From: an uncultured delta proteobacterium
Lineage (GTDB): Bacteria > Myxococcota_A > Polyangia > Polyangiales > Polyangiaceae
Length of the DNA stretch: 64,000 bases
NCBI GenBank assembly: GCA_963806225.1
Contig: CAWDXG010000004.1
Span: 3,744,001 to 3,808,000 of the forward strand
Direction: 5' to 3'
The notes beneath the pieces were generated by a model. It was not told the DNA's origin. It ran no database searches and saw only the letters and a program-made list of their open reading frames with translations. Position 1 is the stretch's first letter. The number at the start of each line of letters is the position of its first letter. Position numbers and translations under genes: made by a program. Positions 17,894-29,216 of this stretch are shown here, in pieces.

Positions 17894-20858
17894 GTGCGCG
17901 GCGACAGGTTCCGCCTGCCGGCGGCGCTGCTCGCCGCACTGTGGGTGCTGCTGATGACAGAGCCGGCGAGAGCCGGCGATCCGTACCTCCGCTGGTACAC
18001 GATCGACACGCCGCACTTCCATGTCCATTTCCACGGCGGACTGGAGCCCGAGGCGCAGCGCACCGCCAACCTGCTGGAGGACGCCTACGGCCGTCTGGTC
18101 CCGGAGCTGGGCTCGGCGCCTCACACGACCGAAGTGCTGCTGACCGACAGCACCGACTCGGCGAACGGTTCGTCCAGCTCGCTTCCCTACAACGAGATCG
18201 AGCTGTACGTCACCGCCCCCGACGACATGTCGCCACTGGCGGACTACGACGACTGGCTTCTCGAGCTGACGACGCACGAGCTCACGCATACGGTGCACGT
18301 CGACAACATCTCCGGCATCCCCGCCGTAGTGAACGCAGTGCTCGGCAAGACCGTGGCGCCCAACCAGGCCCAGCCGCGCTGGATCCTGGAAGGCCTCGCC
18401 GTGAACATGGAGACGGAGCACACCGGGGGAGGGCGACTCAGGTCGTCGCAGTGGGACATGTACCTACGCGCAGACGTCCTCGACCACCGCCTGGCCCGGC
18501 TGGACCAGATCAGCAATTCCGCAAGGCGCTGGCCGTCGGGCAACCTCTGGTACCTGTACGGCTCCGAATTCATCGAGTGGATCGATCACATCTACGGACC
18601 CAACACGTATGCAGCGGTCGCCGCCGACTACGGCTCGAACATCATACCCTGGGGCATCAATCGTTCGATCCGACGCGTGACCGGCCGCACCTATCCCGAG
18701 CTCTACCGCGGCTGGGAGAAGTACCTGGAGAAGAAATACCAGGCGCAGGCCGCACGAATCCGCCGCCGGGGCCTCCGGCGGGGCAGACAGCTGACGCATC
18801 GAGGACGCGTCGCCTCCACTCCGCGCTTTGCGCCGCGCTGCGCTCGCGCAGGATCGCGCGAGGAAGTGTTCTACGTGAGCGACGACGGCGACCGGACCGC
18901 CGGCGTGTACCGCGTTCCCCTGGTGTCGCGCAGCCACGCCGCCGAGGGCGACGAGCAGATCATCACGCGCATGAGTGGCACAAGCTTCTCGTTCGACAGC
19001 GACTGCGGCGTCGTGTTTTCCAGCACCGCGCCTTCACAGCGGCAGTACTACTTCAACGATCTGTTCCGCCAGCCGCGCGGCACGCGCGCGCCACGCGGAC
19101 TGAGCCGGACGCGAAAACGACTGACCGTGTCGCGCCGCGCACGCGACCCGGACGTGAGCCGCGACGGACGGCACATCGTCTACGTCACGAACCACGCCGG
19201 GACGAGCACGCTCCGGATCGCCGATTTCACGCCCGGCCACCGCATCGTGCACCCGCGCACGCTGGTGCCGAGCGCGCGCTACGAGCAGGCCTACACGCCG
19301 CGCTTCTCGCCCGATGGGCGCCATTTGGCGTACAGCGCCTGGACGCGTGGCGGCTATCGCGACATCCGCATCGTCGACGTGAAGACCGGCCGCTTCTTCG
19401 AGATCGCAGCACGACCGCGCGCTCGACCAGCAACCGACCTGGTCGCACGACGGCCACACCGTCTACTTCACGTCCGACCGCACCGGTATCGCGAACGTGT
19501 ACGCGTTCGACCTGCGTTCCCGGAAGCTCAGCCAGGTGACCAACGTCATCATGGGCGCGTACATGCCCGAGGTCACACCGGACGGGCGCACGCTCTTCTA
19601 CATCGGCTACACCTCGAGGGGCTTCGACCTGTTCAGCATGCCGCTCGACAGGTCGAGATTCCTGCCTGCGCTTCCCTACGTCGACCAGAGGCCGGCGACG
19701 CCCCCCGAGCGGTTCACGAAGCGGTGGCCCGTGCACAGCTACGACCCGCTGCCCACCCTGCGTCCGCACGCCTACCAGCTGGACTACGGACCTGGCACCT
19801 TCGGCCAGGCGCTGACGGTCTCCACGACCGGCTCGGACGCGGTGGGGCTGCACTCGTTCAGCGCGAGCATCACGGTCGAGACAGAGCAGGGACAACCGTC
19901 GGGCCGCCTCGCCTACGCCTACCACAAGCTGCCGTTCACGTTCCGCACCAGCCTGTTCCGGTCCGCGTCGCCGCGCACCGGCTTCCGCTACGGAGACCAG
20001 ACGCCGATCATCACCGAGCATCTGACAGGGATACGCACCGGGGTGACCTACCCGTTGCTCGGCGAGTTCGACGTGGGGAGCGTGGCGCTCAACTACACGA
20101 TCGCCAAGTTCGACTCGGTGCTACCGGTGGGGCCGATCGCGGATCCGTACGCGCAGGTGACGCGCGTCCCGGACCGGGGCTATCTAGGGCTTTTGCATCT
20201 CGGCTACGGATACTCGAACGCCGAAGGCACAGCCGACGGGATCAGCCTGGAAAAGGGCTTTTCTTTCGTGGCAGGCGGGGACATCGCGGCCCATGCGCTC
20301 GGCAGCGACTCGACATTGACGGCGTTCAGCGCGCGCCTGGAGGGCTATGTGCCGATGCCATGGGCAGAGCACCACGTGCTGGCCGTGGCTCTGTCCGGAG
20401 CCGCCGCGGTGGGTACCTATCCGCGGCGCGGCCTGTACTACACGGGTGGATTCGGCGACAGGCCGGTGCTGGACGCCTACACGAACGGCATCGACCAGGG
20501 TCCGTTCGTGCTACGCGGCTACGCTCCGGTCAAGTTCATCGGCTCGCAGTTCAACCTGCTGAACACCGAGTACCGCTTCCCGATCCTATACGCGGATCGC
20601 GGCGTCAGCACGCTGCCGGTCTTCCTCAGGACCCTGAGCGGCGCCCTGTTCGCCGACTACGGCGGGGCGTTCAACCGACTGGACCTCGCCGATCCGCTGA
20701 AGAGCTACCACCTCGGCGTGGGCGGCGAGCTGTGGATCGACCTGGTACTGGGCTACTTCGCTCACGCCAATATCCGGCTCGGCTACGCACACGGCGTCGA
20801 CGACTCGAAGGCCATCCCGGGAGGGCAGCTGTACTTCGTTGCGTCCACGCCGTTCTGA
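17894..20858 (+). CDS. Outer-membrane protein: HExxH gluzincin-like domain, PD40/TolB-like propeller and Omp85/BamA-type barrel (frameshift near 19410)
   Basis: Signal peptide, TPHFHVHF, THELTH...EGLA, PD40 repeats (PDVSRDGRHIVY, PRFSPDGRHLAY). ORF 19497..20858 has LRGY, NTEYRFP, GALFADYG and a terminal Phe. Confidence 0.82.
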
Positions 20859-20926
20859 CCCGCTGCGGCCGGACGGTTTCTTTCCCGGATCCGTCCACGG
20901 CTGCTACGCCGGCTGCGATGACGTCC

Positions 20927-21400
20927 ATGAAGCTCGCAGCCCCCGCGCTGGCCCTCGCGCTGGGCCTCGGCGGCTGTTTTGCGACTCCTACCCAATCGCA
21001 GAGGGTCACCGACGCGGCCCGCGAGATGAACATCGCCGCGCGTTTCGGGCGCATGGACATTGCGGTCGAGCATGCGGCACGCGGCGCGCGCCAGAGCTTT
21101 CTGGAGCGGCGCGCGGACTGGGGGCACAACCTGCGCGTGCTGGACGTGCAGCTCTCCAGCCTGTCTCTCAAGGACGAGCAGCACGCCACCGTCCACGTGG
21201 ACATCTCGTGGGAGCGCATGAACGAAGGCCTGCTGCGCCAGACACGTGTGGCGCAGCTATGGCGCGACACCGAGAAGGGTGGATGGCAGCTGGTGCGCGA
21301 GAAGCGCATCGCGGGAGACTTCGGCTTGTTCGGCGAGAACGTCGAGGTGCTGCACCCCGAGCACCACGACGTGCACTTCCCGAGCAAGACGATCCGCTAG
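20927..21400 (+). CDS. Hypothetical lipoprotein
   Basis: MKLAAPALALALGLGGC lipobox; last 157 aa of ORF 17405..21400. Alternative ATG at 20918. Confidence 0.75.
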   Translation: MKLAAPALALALGLGGCFATPTQSQRVTDAAREMNIAARFGRMDIAVEHAARGARQSFLERRADWGHNLRVLDVQLSSLSLKDEQHATVHVDISWERMNEGLLRQTRVAQLWRDTEKGGWQLVREKRIAGDFGLFGENVEVLHPEHHDVHFPSKTIR

Positions 21401-21425
21401 CCGGACCGCGCCAGCGGAGCGGCGC

Positions 21426-21563
21426 TCAGCCCTTCTTCTTCTTCGACGAGCCAGCGCGCGCCTTGCGCGCCTCCTCGACGCGGCGCTTCTCGCGCTCCTT
21501 CTTACGGCGCTGGGCCTTGCGGCGCTTCATCTTCCTGGAATTGCGGCGATCGAACCTTGCCAT
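21426..21563 (-). CDS. 45-aa highly basic small protein (below ORF-track cutoff)
   Basis: ATG 21563 to TGA 21426: MARFDRRNSRKMKRRKAQRRKKEREKRRVEEARKARAGSSKKKKG. Third codon positions are almost all G/C (AAG, CGC, GAG). Confidence 0.7.
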   Translation of the reverse strand: MARFDRRNSRKMKRRKAQRRKKEREKRRVEEARKARAGSSKKKKG

Positions 21564-21691
21564 CAGTCAGTACTCGTCCTGTCGTCGTTGTGCTCGACGG
21601 CGGCGTGGTGCCAGCCGTCCGCGCTTCGATACAGCGTTCCGGACCCCGGCGCCAGCCCCCGCGGAGCGGATAGCGTCCTCTGCAGCGGAAC

Positions 21692-21943
21692 TCAGCCGCT
21701 GGAAGCGTCCTCGAGCGCGCGCTCCCGGTCGCGGACTTCGAGGCGATAACGGCTGTTCACCGTCTCGATATAGAAGACATCCCGGGATGCCAGCCGGAGC
21801 ACGCGCTTGACCGGAGTGGTCACGTACTCGTGCATACCGTCCGAAAACTCGATCACTACCACCGAGCCCTTGCGTGGCGCCCGGACGAGCCGCCCGGTCA
21901 CAGCCCGAGAGCCCCGACCCAGTTTCCGGAGCACGACTTGCAC
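21692..21943 (-). CDS. Small beta-rich hypothetical protein (83 aa)
   Basis: Protein-like sequence (VVIEFSDGMHEYVTTPVKRVL...FYIETVNSRYRLEV); TAGAGT hexamer 6 nt before the GTG. Confidence 0.72.
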   Translation of the reverse strand: MQVVLRKLGRGSRAVTGRLVRAPRKGSVVVIEFSDGMHEYVTTPVKRVLRLASRDVFYIETVNSRYRLEVRDRERALEDASSG

Positions 21944-22077
21944 GAGATTACTCTAGCAACCCCACAGCCCACGTCCACCCCAAACTCCCCCGGGCGCATG
22001 ACAAACGCGGGCCGGGAAGCATCCGTCAAGAGGGGGGCGGGGGCTGTCGGTATTTGTCGGCAAGTGTCGGTGTCCGT

Positions 22078-22860
22078 TCAGAAAGTCATCGCTGCCGAGA
22101 CGCGGAACATGGGGCCCCGGAGCCGCAACGCCGGGAACGGCACGGCGGCGACACGCTCTGGTGCGGAGGTGCTGTCGGAAGCCGGGCGCAGGTTCACGTC
22201 GACCGGTGCGGCCCAGCTGTAGCCGCCGTCGCCGACCACCCAGAAGCGCGGCTTTTTCGATTCGCCGCTCCGCTTGCCGATGACCTCGAACGCCGCGCCG
22301 GCAGTGGCGTCGAAGCCGGCGGCCCACTTGTGCGAGTAGACGTTCACTGCGGTGACCGCCTCGTCCAGCTGCGCGTCCGTGTAGATCGCGGACGGAGACG
22401 CGCGCACGAACACGAAGAAGCGCGGGATCACGTGGTAGCGGATCTCCGGCCCGAGCGAGAGGCGGTGCACGTCGAGCTGGGTGCGCTCGCCGCGCGCAGT
22501 CCCCTGCCGCTGGCCGTAGTCCCACAGGGCCATCACCGCCAGGGAGAAGCGGCCCTCCGCAAGCAGGGTACGCCCGCCTCCCAGGCTGACCTGCGTCAGG
22601 GCATTGTCCGTGGCGTAGGGGTCGAAACCTCCGTCGGTGATGAAGGCCGTGCGCACGCCCGCGGTCGCCTCCCAGTGCGTCTGGTAGGACCCGAGCGGGC
22701 CGTCGGCGGAGTAGTACGGCGTCTGGCCGGTGTCGGCTTCGGCGGCCACGGCTGCGCCCAGCGCGGGGTGCTCGGCGCGGGCCAACGCCGGCAGCCCGAG
22801 CGCCAGAAGCAGCGCCAGCACTCCAATCCCCCGGGCGGGCATCCCTCCACGCCTCGTCAT
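22078..22860 (-). CDS. Outer-membrane beta-barrel protein
   Basis: Signal peptide (VLALLLALGLPALARA), alternating amphipathic strands (LSLGPEIRYH, FWVVGDGGYSW), C-terminal FRVSAAMTF. ATGA overlap with the upstream gene. Confidence 0.75.
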   Translation of the reverse strand: MTRRGGMPARGIGVLALLLALGLPALARAEHPALGAAVAAEADTGQTPYYSADGPLGSYQTHWEATAGVRTAFITDGGFDPYATDNALTQVSLGGGRTLLAEGRFSLAVMALWDYGQRQGTARGERTQLDVHRLSLGPEIRYHVIPRFFVFVRASPSAIYTDAQLDEAVTAVNVYSHKWAAGFDATAGAAFEVIGKRSGESKKPRFWVVGDGGYSWAAPVDVNLRPASDSTSAPERVAAVPFPALRLRGPMFRVSAAMTF

Positions 22861-24479
22861 CGTGCACCTCCCAGCATCAGACCACCGTAGAAACTCGAAT
22901 CCGCCGTGTCGGGCTTGACCGCGTCGAGCACCGTCGCCCCGAGCGCACCCGCCATGCCGTCGCCCGACTCGTGCATCGCCAGGAGCGCGCGCCCGCCGTC
23001 GAGGCGTTCGATGTCGTAGACGGCGGACACGTCGCGCTCGACGGTGAGCGAGGTCGGGTGCAGGTCCGATAGGTCGATGCGCGCAAAGTCCGGCGAGCCG
23101 GGGCGGAACGCCCACACGCGCTGGCCGTCCGGGGACATGGACAGCTCGAAGCCCGCCTGGTTCGTCAACATCGGATAGGTCTCGCGCTTGTCCAGGTCCA
23201 GAACGTAGAACTCGGCGTCGCTGGTGCTCTGCAGGATCTTCAGGTGCGCGTAGCTGTCGCCCGGCACATCGATGACCTGCTTGACCGCGATGCCGATGTC
23301 ATACGGATCGACACTGCGGAAGGGCGTGCCGGTCGTCTTGCCGAGCGACCAGAACGCCACGCCGCTGGTCTGGTCGCTCCAGAGCAGCGCCACGTCGCTG
23401 GTCGTCGGCTTGTTCGTGACGTCCTGGGTCACGCGGGTCAGGCGCGTGTACGGCTTGGGACAAATCCACGGCCTCGACGACCGTCGTCGCCGGATCGACC
23501 AGCGAAGCCTGCCTGAGCCCTGGAACGAGCGCCGCGAGCCTCAGCCCACCGTCCGTCTCGACGAAGTCGATGGCCGTCGGCACCCCTCCAACGTCGGCGA
23601 TGTTGGGCGTCGGGAAGTAGTCCTGTTTCGCGCTGCCTTTCGGAGGGCCGAGCTGGAGGAGCAGCACGCTGCTGTCGTTCGCCAGGCGCACCGCGATGCG
23701 GGCGTCCGAGTTGTCCTTGGGATCGCCGTCGTTGTAGGCAACCTCGGCGGGTTGCGCCGTGTCGCCGGTCGGCGTCTTCGGCATCGCGACCGTGACCTCG
23801 TCCCGATCGAGGTGCGCCAGGTCGATCAGCGTCACGTCCTGATCGGTCTCCACGATCAGCATGCGTCGCGAGCCACCCTTGGGCAGCGACAGCGAGCTCG
23901 TGAAAGTGAACCGCTCGGGTCGGCCGCCGAAGCTGCGGATCGTCTTCGGATAGGGCGGCTGGCTGGTGTCCTTCAGGTTGACGAAGATGAGTTCGTTCGG
24001 GTTCACCACGACGCCCCCCGCGTCGTACACGACCGCCCACTCGCCTTCCGGATCGATGGCCAGCCCTTGCAGCGGGTCGGTAAGCTGGAAGCGGGCTTCG
24101 ACGCGGGGCTTGGTGCCACCGTCGATCACGGTGAGGCTGGGCCGCTCGTCCCCGGGCTTCTTGCGCGGCTGCACGCCGCTCGACAGCACGAACAGAGTCT
24201 TCTTGTCGGGCGAGGTCTTGGCGGCGACGATGTTCTTGCCGACCTCGAGGGCCTTCTCCGACAGCTTGCGTCCTGATGCGCTGATCATCAGGACGCGGTC
24301 GAGCGACGGGTCGACGACCGCCACCGAGCCGCTGAGTCCCAGCGTCTGCACGGGCAGCTGTACGTTCGCGTCCCAGAAGTCGTTGCGGCCACCGCAGGCC
24401 GCGAGCAACAGGGCAACAGTCGCGGTCAGCAGGAGTGCGACCGGGTAGACAGTCGAGACTTTCGCTTGGCTCTTCTCAT
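22857..24479 (-). CDS. Beta-propeller lipoprotein (frameshifts near 24450 and 23460)
   Basis: GAGGAG RBS before ATG at 24479; lipobox LLLAAC; ORFs 23299..24408 and 22857..23432 carry blade motifs SPDKKTLFV, DPEGEWAVV, SPDGQRVWA. Confidence 0.75.
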
Positions 24480-24489
24480 CGGCTCCTCG

Positions 24490-26125
24490 TCAATTCACGA
24501 TCTTCGCGGCCAGCTCGAAACCCGTCAGCGTGCGGGCGCTGCCGTCCGTCAAATCGATGAAGGTGATGCGACCGTCCGGGTTCAGCTGCGCGACGTAGCC
24601 CTTGCCCGCAGCTGGGACCATGCCGGTCGCGATCGGCGGGCTGGCGAGCGGCAGGTAGTCCACCTGCAGCGAGGGCATGCGTACGACATAGACACCGAAC
24701 TGCTTCCGCTGGTCGTCGCGCACCGTGACCAGCGCACGGCTGCTCGGCGGCGGTGCCACGGCGACTGCCGTCGGGGGCGCGTCGGTTCCCTCGATCCTGG
24801 GAGCACGTACGACCGTGGTGGGGATCACGCTGAACGCGCCGGCCTTGGTGCTGCCGGCAGGCGTCGATTGCAGAGCCAGGGCGTTCTCGCCGTCGGGGGC
24901 GACGAACACGGCCTGCACGGGGGCCTTCAACGCCACGGTGCGGTGGTCGAGGTAGCTCTGGCTGTCGAGGCTCAGGATCGTGACGTGGTCGTTGTCGACG
25001 GCGTTCTCGTAGAGCAGCGCGACGTTTCCATCCGGCGACAGGGACACACTTCCGAACTCCTCGCCGTCGATCTTGACGCTGGGATAGAAGGAGCTCGTGA
25101 CGATGTCGGGGATGGGCAGCACGTCCACCTCCGAGGCGGACCGCACGACGGCCACCGCACGCGTCCCGTCCTGGCTCAGATCCAGATCGGTGACGTTGCC
25201 GGACAGGGTGATGGTGGTGCGCTGGCCCGTGGACAGCGTGACCACGCCCACATCCGGGCTGCCGTCGCGACGCACGAGCGCAAGCTTGCCGTTCGGCGTG
25301 ATCGTCACGTCGCGGGACGCGGGGTTGTCGGCGGGATCGTCGGTGACCTGTACCAGGTCGGTCACCTGCGGGGCTGCGCCGTCGAGCGAGACGACCGAGA
25401 TGCCCGGATCGGTGACCGCGTAGGCGTGGGTCCCCGAGGCGTCGAAACGGACGCTCGTGGGCCGGTAGCCGACGCTGAGCTCCGTGGACGCTTCCTTCCC
25501 GCTGTCGAGCCGGATCACCGTGATGTCCTGGAAGCCCTGGGTGGGGTCGGGGTTCTTGACCTTGCGCGCGTCGCTCCAGGCGATCGCCCAGTGTCCGGCT
25601 GGGCCGATCGACCAGGCGTTCGCGCTCTCGTGCGTCGGCAGCGTCTTGGTCGCGATGCTGCTGTCCGGCTGCACGCGGAGCAGCGTGGCGTCGTGGCCGA
25701 GCACGTTGAGCACGATGGCCGTGTTCGCCGTCGCGCCCTTCTGACCCGGGATCGCCGCCAGATAGGTCGGTCCAAACCCCGCCTCCACCGTGTGCACCTG
25801 GAGGTTGGTCGCATCGATCAAGGCGACGCGGCCGCTGTCCGGGTTGGCGGACCACACGTACTTGCCGGTGGTCACCGGAGCCCGGTACGAACCCTCCAGC
25901 TCCTTCTCGGGCGGAAGCGCCGAGCCTCCTGCGCCACCCGCCGCATACGCGCCCGAGCCGCCGCTGGCTGCCGCGTCCGAGGACCAGGCCGCCGCTCCCG
26001 AACGGCACCGCGCCGCCAGCGTCCGCCGAGGAACCGCAATGCGCCAGAGCGAACAGCGCTCCGCCGAGCGCGCCGGCGAGAGCGACGCGCGAGGAAAGGG
26101 CCCGGAGTCCCGCTCCACCGATCAT
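24490..26125 (-). CDS. YncE/YVTN-like beta-propeller lipoprotein, paralogue 2 (frameshift near 25985)
   Basis: Signal MIGG...LFALAHC in the 24476 frame, then ORF 24490..26118: VWSANPDSGRVALID, TPNGKLALV, SQDGTRAVAV, SPDGNVALLY. Confidence 0.8.
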
Positions 26126-27748
26126 TGGCTTCCGTCCACGATGCGGGCTCCGAGCTCGAAGCCGGTCAGCGTGCGCGCCGAACCGTCGGAGAGCTTGATG
26201 AAGGTGATCCGACCCTCGGGGTGCTCCTGGGCGACGTAGGCGACGCCAGCCTCGGGGACCATCCCGCTGGCGAGCGGCGGGCTCGCCAGCTTGTAGTCGC
26301 TGGATCTGCAGCGACGGCATGCTGACGAGATACGCCTCGTGAATCCGGGTCACGTCGTCGCGCGTCGTGACCAGGCCGCGCGTGCTGGGCGACGGCTCGA
26401 TAGCGACCGACTGGGCGGGCGCGTCCGTCCCCTGGATCCGGGGCGGCAGCGTGCTCGCGATGGGAACCACGCTGAATGCGCCAGGCTTCACGCTGCCCGC
26501 CCCGGGATCCAGCAGCGCGATCGCGTGCGCGCCATCCGGCGACGGGAACACGGCCCGGATCGGAGCCTTCAACGCGACCGTGCGGTACGTCAGGAAGTTG
26601 GGCCCCGGCCGGGCAACGAGAATCGTCAGATGATCGTTGGCAACCGCGTTCGTGTAGAGCAGAGCGGTCGCCCCGTCCGCCGTGGTCGACACGCTGCCGA
26701 ACACCTCGCCGGAAATGTTCACCGAATAGTAGTCGGCCGGCTTGGTGTAGATCTGCGGGATCGGCAGCAGTGCCACCTCGGACGTGTCGCGCGCCACGGC
26801 GATCGCCTGGGAGCCGTCCTGTGCGAGGTCCAGATCGGTCACGTTGCTGGACAGTGTGACCTTCACGCGAGTTCCGTCGGACAGCGACACCACGTTCACA
26901 TCCGGGCTGCCGTCGCGCCGCACCAGCGCGAAGGCGCCATCCGGCGTGATCGACACGTCACGCGAGGCGGGGTTCTCGAGGGGGTCGTCGGTGACCGGAA
27001 CGTCGTCGAGCACCTCGGGCCCCGACGCGCCCAGATCGATCACACTGATGCCGGGCTCGGTCACGGCGAACGCGCGCTTGTCGTCCTGGCTGATGACGAC
27101 CCGCGTCGGGCGATAGCCGACCGACAGTCGCGTGGCCTGCACGTCCTTGCCCGACAGGTCGATGACGGTGATGTCCTGCAGACCGTCGGTGGGGTCGGGA
27201 TTCTTGACCTTGGCGGCGTCGGTCCAGGCGATCGCCCAGTGGCCACTGTGACTGATGGCCCAGCTGTTGGCATCCTGGTGGATGGGCACCGACTGCGCGG
27301 CCACGTTGCCCGAGTCGTCGGCGCGCAGCACGGTGGCGTCGTGGCTCCCGACGTTGATGACGATCGCCGCATTGGCGTCGGGGTTCGTGGGATCGGGCAG
27401 CGCGGCCAGATAGGTCGGGCCGAAGCCCGCGTCGACCACGTGCACCTCGAGCGTCGTGGCGTCGACCAGCGCCACGCGCCCGCTGTCCGGATTCGCCGCC
27501 CAGACGTACTTCCCCGTCGCAACCGGGGAGCGGAACGAGCTTTCGAGTTCCTTTTCCGGTGGCAACGTGCCGCCACCCGAGCCGCCGCTCGCGCCGCTGC
27601 CACCGGAGCCGCCCGCGGCGCCGCCGGAGCCACCAATCCCGGGTATGTTGCCGCCCGAAGCGTTTTCGCTCGAGCTGCTGGCAGCGCAGTCGGCGAGCGC
27701 GAGCGCCAGCAACAGAACGCCCAGGAGCGTCAGCCTCCGGTCAAGCAT
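26122..27748 (-). CDS. YncE/YVTN-like beta-propeller lipoprotein, paralogue 1 (frameshift near 26300)
   Basis: GGAGG RBS; MLDRRLTLLGVLLLALALADC; colinear with paralogue 2. The shifted frame ends ARTLTGFELGARIVDGSQ* at 26122, overlapping the next ATG. Confidence 0.8.
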
Positions 27749-27914
27749 CCTCGTCCTCCAGGCGCGCAGAGGACAACCCCAAGCGCGCTCGGGGATTGGG
27801 ATGCAATCCACGGGCCACGAGGCCTTCTGACAGTATCCGCGCACTTGGCGCACACGGCGCGGCGGGAGCCTGACACTCGTGTCAGGGCGCGGTGTGCCAG
27901 CGCCCCATTGGATT

Positions 27915-29174
27915 CTACGGCGCGACGACTCCGGGCGTTCCCTTGCTCGCGAAATAGGCCTGGAGTACCTGGCGCGCGAGTTGGGGTGCCTTGATACGCC
28001 AGATCGGCGTGTTGACTACGAGCGAGGCGATGGCGACCTCGGGGTGATCGGCAGGCGCGTAGCCGATGAACCAGGTGTACAGACGGTTCTGCTTGTGGCG
28101 GGTCAACGTCCCGGTCTTGCCCGCCACCGCAACGCCCGGGATGTACGGACGCCGGTGGTGATCGTGGAAGCTCTTGTAGGCCGTGCCGTTGGCCACGGTC
28201 TGCAGCATCATCTTCTGCACTTCATGGGCGGTGCTGGGCTTGACCGCGTGGCGGAGGACGCGCGGACCGTCGTCGTCCTGCCAGATCTTCTTCTGCCCCT
28301 TGTAGATCGCGCGGACGATGCGCGGCGCCAGCGCCACACCGTCGTTGGCCACCGTCTGCGCAACGCTGACCTCGCCGAGCGGCGAGTTGCTGGTGTGCCA
28401 GAAGCCCGCTGCCGAACGCGCGAACTCCAGCGGCTCGATCGGGATGTCGATCTTCGGCGCCTCGTTGGGCACCGCAAAGGGAATTGGCGCGCCGTAGCCG
28501 TACGCACCGCCCATCGCCGTGAGCTCCTCGGGCGTGAGCTTCTTCTGCGCCAGCTTGGCGAAGACCACGTTCAGGCTGCGGCCGAGCGCCATCGCCAGCG
28601 TGGCGCACCACTTGTCGCGCCCCGGGTCGTCCTTCAGCTCGTCGGCGCGGATGCGGCTGTGTCCGCCGTGGTAGCACTGCTCGGTCTTCGAGCTCAGCCC
28701 GGCTTTTTCCACCAGGGCCGAAGCCGTGACGACCTTGAAGGTGCTCGCTGCCGGCGCCTCGGCACGCACGTTCACGTCGAACGGCTTGCCCGTGTTCACG
28801 TAGCTGGCCCAGGCGAGGATGTTGCCGGTCTTCACCTGCATCACCACCGTGCCCGCTTCCGGAATGCGGTAGCGCTTCATCACGGAGAGCGCTTCGCGCT
28901 CGAGGTACGGGTCGAGCGTGAGCTCCGCCTCCCGACCGTCGGAAAGCGGCGCCGTCACCCGCCGCGGGTGCATCTCGAGCCGTAGCAGGTCCAGCCCCTC
29001 GAGGTCCGGTCCCTCGGGCTTGGCCGCAGCGGACGGCGTGTGGGCTATCGCAACACGCTTTTCCAGCTTGGCGAGCGGGCTCGGCAGCGCGATCTTCCCG
29101 CGCACCACCGGCACCAGCGCGGTAATGATGCCAACAGCGGCGCCCGCGCCGATCCATCTGCTCCAGGGTCGCAT
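27915..29174 (-). CDS. Penicillin-binding transpeptidase-domain protein
   Basis: N-terminal TM; LTLDPYLE, ASTFK (SxxK), SLN (SxN), AGKTGT, WFIGYAP..P.VA. Confidence 0.88.
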   Translation of the reverse strand: MRPWSRWIGAGAAVGIITALVPVVRGKIALPSPLAKLEKRVAIAHTPSAAAKPEGPDLEGLDLLRLEMHPRRVTAPLSDGREAELTLDPYLEREALSVMKRYRIPEAGTVVMQVKTGNILAWASYVNTGKPFDVNVRAEAPAASTFKVVTASALVEKAGLSSKTEQCYHGGHSRIRADELKDDPGRDKWCATLAMALGRSLNVVFAKLAQKKLTPEELTAMGGAYGYGAPIPFAVPNEAPKIDIPIEPLEFARSAAGFWHTSNSPLGEVSVAQTVANDGVALAPRIVRAIYKGQKKIWQDDDGPRVLRHAVKPSTAHEVQKMMLQTVANGTAYKSFHDHHRRPYIPGVAVAGKTGTLTRHKQNRLYTWFIGYAPADHPEVAIASLVVNTPIWRIKAPQLARQVLQAYFASKGTPGVVAP

Positions 29175-29216
29175 CGCCTCCGGAGTTACCGGCGACGCCG
29201 GGCAACGGCCAAGATC

